Positions 19,340-27,537 of a stretch of DNA of 64,000 nucleotides are shown here, one piece after another; the stretch's first letter is position 1, and the number at the start of each line of letters is the position of its first letter. Source of the stretch: a virus (Duplodnaviria; Caudoviricetes); IMG/VR virus record IMGVR_UViG_2671180244_000004, positions 1-64,000 of that record. One strand, 5' to 3'. The notes below the pieces were generated by a model, which did not search any database, was not told the origin of the DNA, and saw nothing but the letters and a program-made list of their open reading frames with translations. Made by a program: the position numbers and the translations under genes.

Positions 19340-19695
19340 TATAAGTGATTTTTACCTGTTACAAACTTTGCTATTGTAAATTCAGATTCTGATTCTAAAT
19401 ATTCACTCTCTTTAGAAATTCCAGAATTAATCTTTGCCATTTCTTCATATCCCTTGGCCATCTCTTCATAAAAACTTGTATCTTCAAGTTTCCCAACCTC
19501 AAAGTAATGTAATAAGTGATTTTTAGGTACAAGATTTTTTTCTCCAAATTCATTAACAGATAGCACATCACCAGGTTCTACTGTGAATGAGCTACCGTCT
19601 GGATTATGAATAGTTGACGTTTCTTCAATCACTTCAAGATCTACCAGGTGTCTGCTATGCACATATGGCTTTTTTAACTTCTTTACAGCTCCCAT
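19339..19695 (-). CDS. yosL: YosL-like MazE-mimic (anti-MazF) protein
   Basis: C-terminal MAKGYEEMAKINSGISKESEYLESE resembles the Bacillus MazE C-terminus; lies upstream of nrdI as in SPbeta. Confidence 0.8.
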   Translation of the reverse strand: MGAVKKLKKPYVHSRHLVDLEVIEETSTIHNPDGSSFTVEPGDVLSVNEFGEKNLVPKNHLLHYFEVGKLEDTSFYEEMAKGYEEMAKINSGISKESEYLESESEFTIAKFVTGKNHL

Positions 19696-19734
19696 TATAT
19701 TTCCCCCAATTTTTATTTATATGAAACTGTGATT

Positions 19735-20199
19735 TTATAGTAAATCTCCATCAGTAAGCAAGACCATTTCTTCATCGCTTGTGATATCTTTTAATACCTC
19801 TTTAAGTGGAACTAAATCTTTGTCTTCTCCTGGCGCTCTTCCGTATCTCATAGCAGCATAAATCTCCCCAACTTCGGTCAATTCATTAGCTAAATCCCCT
19901 TCGTCATCAGCAGAATCCTTTGTATACAGTTCCATTGCCTTTTCTTTGGTATAAGCCTTAATTAACGCATAATAGGGGTCATTCACTTCGAAATACTTCA
20001 TATCATGCTTAGCTTTCAGTTGTTCAGTGTAATATCCCTTAATTTTGACATCATCGACACCGTTTTTAAGTAAATCTTCTTTAATAGTGTTTCCCAACTG
20101 TTCTAACGTTTCCTTGTGTACAGTTGGACTTTCCTCATTAAATCCTTCATGAGCATTGCAAGTTACTTTTATATCAAAAATTGCTGCTTTAATTTCCAT
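19735..20199 (-). CDS. Hypothetical protein
   Basis: 154-aa ORF. Confidence 0.75.
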   Translation of the reverse strand: MEIKAAIFDIKVTCNAHEGFNEESPTVHKETLEQLGNTIKEDLLKNGVDDVKIKGYYTEQLKAKHDMKYFEVNDPYYALIKAYTKEKAMELYTKDSADDEGDLANELTEVGEIYAAMRYGRAPGEDKDLVPLKEVLKDITSDEEMVLLTDGDLL

Positions 20200-20212
20200 A
20201 ATCTATTCTCCT

Positions 20213-20440
20213 CTAATCTATTTTTGTGAACCTGTCCATCTCTTTTCCATCAGCAATAACTTTTCCGAAGAACATCTCTTTAGGTCTTGCCCATAATACA
20301 GTGCCGTCTATATCATGATAAACAACAAGCTCTTCTTCTGTTTCTGTATGAACGACTTCTCCAACGAGTTTATAGGTTCCACCCTTATAATGTTTGAATT
20401 TGCACATGACATGCTCAAGTATATCCATTGAATTTTCCAC
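20213..20440 (-). CDS. DUF1653-family protein
   Basis: FKHYKGGTY...HTETEEELVVY...WARP motif. Confidence 0.85.
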   Translation of the reverse strand: MENSMDILEHVMCKFKHYKGGTYKLVGEVVHTETEEELVVYHDIDGTVLWARPKEMFFGKVIADGKEMDRFTKID

Positions 20441-20441
20441 C

Positions 20442-20633
20442 TTAGAATTCTTCTATATTTAACACAAGAGCATCTTTATATGGATCTAGTTGAATCTCGT
20501 CACTTGTATCTTCTCCACCAATCCGAAATTCAACTCGTGTATCCCCGTAAAAATCAAGTTGATCTTGTAACGCTTTAATTACATCACTTACTTTGGGTTT
20601 ACTTAGCTTTCCTTTGTATTCGTCATAGGCCAT
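20442..20633 (-). CDS. Hypothetical protein
   Basis: 63-aa ORF with GGAGG RBS. Confidence 0.7.
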   Translation of the reverse strand: MAYDEYKGKLSKPKVSDVIKALQDQLDFYGDTRVEFRIGGEDTSDEIQLDPYKDALVLNIEEF

Positions 20634-20656
20634 CTAGAATTTCCTCCTTTTTTAAT

Positions 20657-20932
20657 TTATCTCCCTACCGACCAAAGCACTACGTCAAACTCAGGTAAGT
20701 ATTTGTAATAAACAGTTTCCGGTCTAAATAATCCAGTGAGGTATAAAGTAACCTCCGTTTCAGCAGAATACTCTTTTACTAATAACTTTCTTTTCAACCC
20801 AAACCCATATCTGAATTTCAGTTTCTTAACTCTAAGGATACGTGAAGAGTCATAATTACATTGGATAAACTTAGCTGTGGGGAATCTACTCCCTATTGGG
20901 CTATTTTTAATTTCCAAGTTGGTTATCCGCAT
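20657..20932 (-). CDS. Hypothetical protein
   Basis: 91-aa ORF. Confidence 0.65.
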   Translation of the reverse strand: MRITNLEIKNSPIGSRFPTAKFIQCNYDSSRILRVKKLKFRYGFGLKRKLLVKEYSAETEVTLYLTGLFRPETVYYKYLPEFDVVLWSVGR

Positions 20933-20953
20933 TAATTTGATCCTTTCATTTGT

Positions 20954-21316
20954 TTACATCTTCTTATCAAGAATTTCTTTGATACCTTGTAAAGTTTCCT
21001 TGTACTCACTATCCAATCGACTTACATCTAGATTTGTTGAGACTCGATAGTGTCCAGAGTTGTCGTACATCGTGATGAAGACCTCTGTGTCATCATCTTT
21101 AGTACTGAAAGTGATATCGTGAAGCTCAACCTGCTCTGCATCGTTTTCATGTTTTAGTTGTTCAATATAATCAGGCTGCATCATGTTGAACAGCTCTTTA
21201 ACTGTGGTGAATTTCACTTGTTCCAATAAGCTATCTTCTTTATAATCAAATGAATGAAAATAAAGATTAAATGTTATGTAACCTTCTACTGAATTCCCAT
21301 GTTTAGTATATTCCAT
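20954..21316 (-). CDS. Hypothetical protein
   Basis: 120-aa ORF with RBS. Confidence 0.7.
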   Translation of the reverse strand: MEYTKHGNSVEGYITFNLYFHSFDYKEDSLLEQVKFTTVKELFNMMQPDYIEQLKHENDAEQVELHDITFSTKDDDTEVFITMYDNSGHYRVSTNLDVSRLDSEYKETLQGIKEILDKKM

Positions 21317-21352
21317 CCTATCCCCTCCAATTTGTTTGAAATCATCCTTTTA

Positions 21353-21670
21353 TTAAAAACTCACAAACTTTGCTTTTGGGATATATATTTGAAATTCTAA
21401 CCTTGAAATTGAATCAGCGTTTAGAGAACTTACATACTCAAGCTCTAAAGAACGGTCACCTCTACTCAAAGGAATCCTTAATAAATATTTTTGATCCTTT
21501 TGTAAAATTTGGGGATCAATAATCCCTGAAACATCTTCATTAGTTTCAATAAAAATTCTACTTCCTTCTTCAGTTAGATCGGCATCTTTGAATATAAACA
21601 CTACTGTTTCTTCATCTGGTAAATATTCATTTTCCTTTACGTAAGACAAAACAACATTTTTAAACTTCAT
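21353..21670 (-). CDS. Hypothetical protein flanked by two 18-bp palindromes
   Basis: 105-aa ORF; palindromes at 21336 and 21696. Confidence 0.7.
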   Translation of the reverse strand: MKFKNVVLSYVKENEYLPDEETVVFIFKDADLTEEGSRIFIETNEDVSGIIDPQILQKDQKYLLRIPLSRGDRSLELEYVSSLNADSISRLEFQIYIPKAKFVSF

Positions 21671-21713
21671 GTATGTAATTCCACTCCTCTTCTTTTTAAA
21701 ATAAAACTTTTAT

Positions 21714-21989
21714 TCAATTTAATTTGTTGACCAACTCAATCACCTTATCAATAACCTTCTGGCGTTCCTCATCTTCTTGAAGCTTTAGCTGAACTCCATT
21801 CAACTCCCTTGTAACTTCTCCTTCGTTATCCAGTAACTTGATGGAAACGGTTGGCTTTCTATTTAGTGTTAACTTATAAACTTTCGAGTCCCAAAATGGC
21901 TGAACACCTTTGCCTACAGCTAATCCATATGTTGCAACGTTTTCTAGTAAATCATAAGACCCTTCATACTCAATAATTAATTTCCCCAC
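21714..21989 (-). CDS. Hypothetical protein
   Basis: 91-aa ORF. Confidence 0.7.
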   Translation of the reverse strand: MGKLIIEYEGSYDLLENVATYGLAVGKGVQPFWDSKVYKLTLNRKPTVSIKLLDNEGEVTRELNGVQLKLQEDEERQKVIDKVIELVNKLN

Positions 21990-22004
21990 TTAGACACCTC
22001 TCTT

Positions 22005-22349
22005 TTAAATAAATAATGAAGCAATGTATAGCATAAGTAAGACAAAAGCTGATCTTGCTACACCTTTGCCAAAAACCTTGAAAATTGTGTCTTTCTCTTC
22101 CTTCTCAGGGTTTTTACTCCCCTTCACAAACACTACCAACAGAACACCGATTACAAATGAATGTGCCAATGAAATTACAGGGAAACTAAACCCGTATACT
22201 TTCACAAGTGGACTTAGCACAAAGTTTAAGCTGTAAAAGATTACTCCTGCATTGATTACAGCACCAGCTACTAACATTAGTGCAGATAATAAAACTGCAC
22301 CTAATCCAATAAAGAATCCATTCCAAACTTGTTTTTCTTGATTATTCAT
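22005..22349 (-). CDS. Membrane protein
   Basis: 3 hydrophobic segments. Confidence 0.75.
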   Translation of the reverse strand: MNNQEKQVWNGFFIGLGAVLLSALMLVAGAVINAGVIFYSLNFVLSPLVKVYGFSFPVISLAHSFVIGVLLVVFVKGSKNPEKEEKDTIFKVFGKGVARSAFVLLMLYIASLFI

Positions 22350-22488
22350 CCTATTCCCCTTTAAATATATGTAATTTGTAATTTATTTTGATAAAACTGT
22401 AGTTGGTAGTAGGAATCCAACCAGGTATCCAGCTATAAATGCAGCTAATGACCATTTAATTAATGTTAACCAGAATTTCTTATCAAAC

Positions 22489-22767
22489 TTACTCAACTAT
22501 TACACCTGCCTTTTTAAGCTTATCAATTATTTCTTCAAGCCCCTCTTTAACAATAGAAGACGTTTCATTTTGTATAGTCTCGTATGGGTAAGGTTGGAGA
22601 CAAAGTTCGTCTAAAACATCGATATCACCTTCTGAAGAATCTTTAAAGATTAACAGATTAAAGGTAATATTTTTACTTAACCTTTTGCAGAGATACCAAC
22701 TAACATTCGTGTGATCAGTAAACCCAAGTTCTCTCATCTTAGCTTCTTCTAAAATATTAAACTTCAT
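22489..22767 (-). CDS. Hypothetical protein
   Basis: 92-aa ORF. Confidence 0.7.
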   Translation of the reverse strand: MKFNILEEAKMRELGFTDHTNVSWYLCKRLSKNITFNLLIFKDSSEGDIDVLDELCLQPYPYETIQNETSSIVKEGLEEIIDKLKKAGVIVE

Positions 22768-22793
22768 TGATGAATCTCCATTCCACTTTAGGC

Positions 22794-22832
22794 TTATGCT
22801 CCGTGACCAAAACCATATAATTTAACTGGCAT
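22794..22832 (-). CDS. 12-aa mini-gene MPVKLYGFGHGA (arbitrium-like C-terminus)
   Basis: AAAGAGGTGA RBS, then ATG CCA GTT AAA TTA TAT GGT TTT GGT CAC GGA GCA TAA; fills the intergenic gap. Confidence 0.7.
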   Translation of the reverse strand: MPVKLYGFGHGA

Positions 22833-22860
22833 AACCATTCACCTCTTTAGAAAGCTTTAT

Positions 22861-23301
22861 TTAACTGAGTGTCTGTTTAATAAATTCAATCAATTCGTCA
22901 ACATCTTTCTCGGTTGCCTTTTCATTAATGATGAAGAAATCAGCCATAACATACTTAGAGTAATCGCCATCTCCATAATATTCATCAGCTACTGTAACTT
23001 TTAAATCAATGTTGTCGGTAATAGGGATTAAGTGATTGTCTGTTCCACTTGATAAAGGAAAATCAAGTTGATAGATATCTAAGTTCTTTTCTATGATGAA
23101 GTTGTTCACAGATTCAAGGACATCTTCTGCCTGATCTTCATTAAAGCTGCCAGTATAACCAGGCATTTGCTTTCTGAAATAATCACTTAATTGTTCATTT
23201 AGCTCGGTTCGTTTTCTTTCAACAAGATTATTCATTGAAACGAGCAAACCTTTTTCAGTAGCCTCTCTAATAAGCATCCAATCTGATTTTTTTAATTTCA
23301 T
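22861..23301 (-). CDS. Hypothetical protein
   Basis: 146-aa ORF. Confidence 0.75.
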   Translation of the reverse strand: MKLKKSDWMLIREATEKGLLVSMNNLVERKRTELNEQLSDYFRKQMPGYTGSFNEDQAEDVLESVNNFIIEKNLDIYQLDFPLSSGTDNHLIPITDNIDLKVTVADEYYGDGDYSKYVMADFFIINEKATEKDVDELIEFIKQTLS

Positions 23302-23333
23302 ACGTTACCTCCAATCTCTATAAAACTTGAATT

Positions 23334-23423
23334 TTATTTAAATACTTCTCCCAGGATAGCAAGTGCAAACATTCCAACGCTGCCAATCACACCAAACAAT
23401 TTTGATGCATCTATGTTTTTCAT
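23334..23423 (-). CDS. 29-aa hydrophobic peptide
   Basis: MKNIDASKLFGVIGSVGMFALAILGEVFK; GGAGG RBS; stop lies inside an 18-bp palindrome. Confidence 0.6.
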   Translation of the reverse strand: MKNIDASKLFGVIGSVGMFALAILGEVFK

Positions 23424-23445
23424 AGTTTGCGCCTCCATAAGTGTT

Positions 23446-23673
23446 TTAAGTTAAACCCACACGTTCTAAAAACTGTTTTCCTTTTTTAATTGCCTCAGAA
23501 CGAGTTGCGGCCTCCATTAATCCAAAAGGAGCATCAGCATCCTTTACGGTAAGTTTTTGTCCGCAGGTGGTTTCAACAGTCGTGTAGTATGCAGAATGCA
23601 AATCCTTACAACCTTCTTTCATAAAATTCATTCTCTTAGTTCCAACTTTTCCTGTAAATTTAACTTTTGACAT
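23446..23673 (-). CDS. Hypothetical protein
   Basis: 75-aa ORF. Confidence 0.65.
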   Translation of the reverse strand: MSKVKFTGKVGTKRMNFMKEGCKDLHSAYYTTVETTCGQKLTVKDADAPFGLMEAATRSEAIKKGKQFLERVGLT

Positions 23674-23693
23674 TCATCTTTCTCCCTTTTCCA

Positions 23694-23921
23694 TTAGTCT
23701 TTATAAGCCTTAATGTGATCGATCCCAAGCACTTTCAGTGTTTTCGTTACATTCATCCCCTCGCATTTCTCTCGAATTTTCTTGCTCAATTCATCAGCAC
23801 ATTTACTGCAGCAATTGAATTCAATTCTGTCTTCCATGCTTTTTGCATTTTCTTCTGTTAATCTTAAGCATAAGGGGTATTTCTCAACCCCTTCGTTGCA
23901 AATCTCGCATATGTAGTTCAT
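23694..23921 (-). CDS. Small Cys-rich (zinc-binding) protein
   Basis: CEIC...CCSKC. Confidence 0.7.
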   Translation of the reverse strand: MNYICEICNEGVEKYPLCLRLTEENAKSMEDRIEFNCCSKCADELSKKIREKCEGMNVTKTLKVLGIDHIKAYKD

Positions 23922-23945
23922 TCTTTCTCCTTAGCTGTTATACCG

Positions 23946-23974
23946 ATTATATATGTTATTTGTTGTTTTGTAAA
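23946..23974 (-). promoter_or_regulatory. sigA promoter with SPBRE-like spacer
   Basis: TTTACA-17bp(ACAAATAACATA)-TATAAT. Confidence 0.8.
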
Positions 23975-24004
23975 TCGTTTTTATGTGTTATTTTTGATTT
24001 ATTA

Positions 24005-24187
24005 TTAAAGTACACTTTTCTTTAAGTCTTCAATTAGCACCCACGATTTTACGATCTTTGACTCAATAAGTTTCCATGTTGCATCATCAATTCTGTCTGA
24101 TGTTTCTAGAGCATTATGTATGAAGTCTAAATGGCTATGAATTGTCTCAAGGTCGTCTGTTAACGCTTCTTTATCCTGTTCCCTCAG
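24005..24187 (-). CDS. 60-aa hypothetical protein with CTG start
   Basis: AGGAGG RBS then CTG AGG GAA CAG..., open for 60 codons. Confidence 0.5.
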   Translation of the reverse strand: MREQDKEALTDDLETIHSHLDFIHNALETSDRIDDATWKLIESKIVKSWVLIEDLKKSVL

Positions 24188-24379
24188 CTTTATTCCTCCT
24201 AGCTAATTTAAAGCTATATGATATGTCCAACTGTCTATAAATTTGTTATCGTATGTACGTTCTTGTATCTCACAGGTGAATCCTTTCCTGCGTCTAACAA
24301 ACACTTCTGCTTTTGCTTTGGTGATAAATTTCTTTGGAACTCTTGTCCCGTTCCATAATACTCGAAAATAATTCTCTAT

Positions 24380-24697
24380 CTACTCCACTAACCCTTCTTC
24401 TAAAGTTTTTCTTTTTTTAACTAGCTCATTAAACCATTTCTCATCCCTTGTATCTAATGCTTGATCAATGAGAGAATTTACTTCAGCTAATTGAATCTTT
24501 CCAAATTCTTTAGTTGTATATGTAAGCAATGATTCATCAAATTCCTGGGCGTACAAAAGCCCATCCACTTCAACCTTATACTTAATAACACTCAATTCTT
24601 TTCCTTTTTCAATTGAAACATGGTGAGTCGCTTTAATAACTTTACCAACAACACCTCTTGACGAAATCATAACACTTTGTCCAATTTTAAATTTCAT
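24380..24697 (-). CDS. IDEAL-domain protein
   Basis: LIDQALDTRDEKWFNEL. Confidence 0.8.
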   Translation of the reverse strand: MKFKIGQSVMISSRGVVGKVIKATHHVSIEKGKELSVIKYKVEVDGLLYAQEFDESLLTYTTKEFGKIQLAEVNSLIDQALDTRDEKWFNELVKKRKTLEEGLVE

Positions 24698-24711
24698 TCC
24701 TTTCTTCCTCT

Positions 24712-25083
24712 CTAGTGGATTAGGTTGTTTTCATTTACTATTTGCATGTTAGGATGGCCACCAAGTGTCTTAATCATTTTCTCAAGGTATTCAACCCTAC
24801 TGTTCAACTCGTAGCACTGCTGCATGTAGAATTGCTTTGATTCAGATACAAAGCCTTTTCCTTGTTTATATCCATCAGCTAAACCTGTGCCTATCACTGC
24901 AGGAATAATATCGATCAAATCGCCTTTGCTAAAATTATGTATGTATTCATCAACGGTCATATCTTTGACCAGCTTATGTAATATTTGATTCACTTCTTCA
25001 TTATGTCTAACGTAGATTGAATAATTATCTAGGTCTAAGTGCAAGACTTTTAATGAGTTTATTTGATCCAGGATGCTTTTCAT
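24712..25083 (-). CDS. Hypothetical protein
   Basis: 123-aa ORF. Confidence 0.7.
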   Translation of the reverse strand: MKSILDQINSLKVLHLDLDNYSIYVRHNEEVNQILHKLVKDMTVDEYIHNFSKGDLIDIIPAVIGTGLADGYKQGKGFVSESKQFYMQQCYELNSRVEYLEKMIKTLGGHPNMQIVNENNLIH

Positions 25084-25289
25084 CTTCCTGTACCAAGTTT
25101 TTTCATGTCTTCAATTATTAAATTCATGCCTTCTTGATATGTATCTCTCATCGAATTCATCGCTTCAATTTCTTTAGCTAAGAACTCAATGTACTTTTTC
25201 GGATCAACGTTTTTCCCTTCAGCTAGAGCTTTCCTATACTCTTCAATACTCTTCTTAAACTCAGAAATTATAAGTTCATATTTGTTCAT
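25080..25289 (-). CDS. Hypothetical protein
   Basis: 69-aa ORF. Confidence 0.65.
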   Translation of the reverse strand: MNKYELIISEFKKSIEEYRKALAEGKNVDPKKYIEFLAKEIEAMNSMRDTYQEGMNLIIEDMKKLGTGR

Positions 25290-25481
25290 ATTTCACCTTC
25301 CTTATCTGAATAAAATTGATCTTTCATCTAAAATTATTTAGCACTTTTTCAAATTCGGCTTCTGCTTCAATCATTATTAGGTATGCTTTGTTATGAATTG
25401 TTGACTCACATGCCTCACTCAATCTTTTAATAAAGTTTCCCAAAGTTTGCCCCTTTCTAATTTCTAAATAAATGAGATATT

Positions 25482-26003
25482 TTAAAGTAATTTAAATCCA
25501 ATTTCTGGCCAATTCTTAACACGGACAAATCTGTTATCATTTTCATTATGAGGAGCATCAAACACTATGCCCACACCTTCAAATGTCTCTAAATTATGTA
25601 TTCCATCATCAATCATGTAATCAGCTTTGATTATCTTTTTATTTCCACATAGAACAACATGGTCATATGAGATAAATGGAAAGTGTTCCTGCAGCCATTC
25701 TAATTTAGCTTTTAATGATTCTGGATGTGCTGTTGCAGTAGTAACAACAAACACCTCGTAGAAATCACATAAATTCTTAACAACTTTCGGACTGTCTTTC
25801 TTAACTGATAAACCTTTAAAAAAGTCATACGTTAAATGCCTAAACACATCATTGTTTGTATTCACATAATCTAGGATGTTCCAAGACTTTATGTTTTCAC
25901 ATTTTAAAGTAGGATCATCATGTTCGTTTATTGCTTTTACCCAAGCTGGTAAGAAATCTGCTAGTACATCATCCATATCAATTGCAATTACTTTTCTTTT
26001 CAT
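25482..26003 (-). CDS. yorS: 5'(3')-deoxyribonucleotidase (HAD), YorS-like
   Basis: IAIDMDDVLAD, K..WL..HFPF, IDD motifs. Confidence 0.88.
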   Translation of the reverse strand: MKRKVIAIDMDDVLADFLPAWVKAINEHDDPTLKCENIKSWNILDYVNTNNDVFRHLTYDFFKGLSVKKDSPKVVKNLCDFYEVFVVTTATAHPESLKAKLEWLQEHFPFISYDHVVLCGNKKIIKADYMIDDGIHNLETFEGVGIVFDAPHNENDNRFVRVKNWPEIGFKLL

Positions 26004-26506
26004 GAGCCTTCCTCACTGACCAAGTAGATAATGTCCTCAACAATTTCATCGCTGTCATAAATCTCTGTATCAAACGAATATGTATGTAATTTTGACTTTG
26101 GTATCACTTCATTATAGAGTTCCACAATTGGTTCAATGTCTTTCGTGTTAACCTGATCATCTCCTCTGCTAAGAATCCTTTCTTTAATTACTTCAGGTCT
26201 TGCATACAGATAGATTAACTTGGCCTTACTCAGTAATTTGTTCTCGATATTGCTTACTTGCCCATGTGTGAGCTTTGTATTACCAGGGAATTTGGTTGCA
26301 TAAACAAGGTTGGAATATATGTATCTATCAATGATCAAGTTGTCGTGTTCTGTTAGTCCCAAGCAATAATCAAATAGGCTATCTTGACTTCTTTTTGCTA
26401 ATTCAAATGATGAACCCCGTTGTACCTTGTAATCTAACTTTTTTGACAACTGCTTTGCCACTGTCGATTTGTAGCAGCAATCACATCCTTCTAAAATGAT
26501 TATCAT
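26000..26506 (-). CDS. yorR: Deoxynucleotide monophosphate kinase, YorR-like
   Basis: LEGCDCCYKST P-loop, IIDRY..SNLVY. Confidence 0.85.
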   Translation of the reverse strand: MIIILEGCDCCYKSTVAKQLSKKLDYKVQRGSSFELAKRSQDSLFDYCLGLTEHDNLIIDRYIYSNLVYATKFPGNTKLTHGQVSNIENKLLSKAKLIYLYARPEVIKERILSRGDDQVNTKDIEPIVELYNEVIPKSKLHTYSFDTEIYDSDEIVEDIIYLVSEEGS

Positions 26507-26664
26507 TTATCATCCTCCTGTTTTGTTACTTTGTGAAACCCCATAACTTCATATGAGCCGTCATTATACTGAACTTCGATTTGCGAATATCTTGCGTTAA
26601 CTGTCACTACTTTTGCAACTTCTTTATTGTGATTGACTGTAACAATGTCTTTTACCTCAAACAT
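26503..26664 (-). CDS. 53-aa SH3-like small protein
   Basis: Own translation MFEVKDIVTVNH...; ATGA overlap. Confidence 0.6.
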   Translation of the reverse strand: MFEVKDIVTVNHNKEVAKVVTVNARYSQIEVQYNDGSYEVMGFHKVTKQEDDK

Positions 26665-26668
26665 GACT

Positions 26669-26824
26669 TCACCCCCTTAATTGAGCTAATTCATCTCTGT
26701 CGTAAATCTCCACCAAGTTATATTCATCATCAGCAACTCCATATTGATTGTTCTTATGTACTTCCACTACTGTGCCTTCCCCGTATAAAGTAAGAACTCT
26801 TTGTCCTAATGTAAGCTTGCTCAA
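26669..26824 (-). CDS. 51-aa SH3-like small protein
   Basis: Own translation MSKLTLGQRVLTLYGEGTVVEV... Confidence 0.55.
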   Translation of the reverse strand: MSKLTLGQRVLTLYGEGTVVEVHKNNQYGVADDEYNLVEIYDRDELAQLRG

Positions 26825-26841
26825 TCAAGTCACTCTCTTCT

Positions 26842-27537
26842 TTATGTATTATTTTTGATTTCTTTGACAATCAATGTTTTTCTCCCAAACTCTCTAGCCT
26901 TTTGAAGATTTTCAATGAAGACATCCAATCTATTTCCTTTTATGTCTCCACCTCTATCCTGACATACTCTTAAGCCGACATTTTCTATGTATAGTTTTGT
27001 TCCAAATTCCATATATGGTGGGCAAGCAATTGTAACACCGTGCCTTGTAGTTACACCGCTTGCAGTTGTACCATATTCAGATTGTCCTGGATGCTTTCCT
27101 GTGCTTTCGTATCCATTGGTGTAAGCTGTAACAACCATTTTGCGTGTTTGACTCTTTTGTTCCACCGATTTCTTTGCTTCTTGGACATTTTTATCTCCTT
27201 TCTTCTTTTTTACCTTTTTCACTTTCTCTGGAACTGGTTCAACTTTAACCTTCAGATATTTCTTTTGTAACTTCTTAATTGTTTCTTTTTTGCTTTCTTG
27301 TTTAGGCAAGGGAGCATGAAGCTCGATATGCCTCATTGGCAAATCCTCAACCAACCTTGTCCTGCTTACCTTTTCATTCGGTCTGTCTCTAATTAAACTC
27401 ATTTCCATCTTAATAAACGAGAATGTTAGTAGCCACCCTGTTAAAATTATCAAGACCTTCGAGTTAACTTTATAATATATGTTATTTGTAGTTTTGTCTA
27501 CAAGTTTTTTGATAATTCTCATCACTCCTTTATGCAA
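26842..27537 (-). CDS. yorM: 3D-domain cell-wall protein (YorM-like)
   Basis: N-terminal TM; TAY...TASG...FGTKLYI...DRGGDIKGNRLDVF. Confidence 0.85.
   Translation of the reverse strand: MHKGVMRIIKKLVDKTTNNIYYKVNSKVLIILTGWLLTFSFIKMEMSLIRDRPNEKVSRTRLVEDLPMRHIELHAPLPKQESKKETIKKLQKKYLKVKVEPVPEKVKKVKKKKGDKNVQEAKKSVEQKSQTRKMVVTAYTNGYESTGKHPGQSEYGTTASGVTTRHGVTIACPPYMEFGTKLYIENVGLRVCQDRGGDIKGNRLDVFIENLQKAREFGRKTLIVKEIKNNT
27472..27500 (-). promoter_or_regulatory. sigA promoter with SPBRE-like spacer
   Basis: TAGACA-17bp-TATTAT. Confidence 0.7.
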
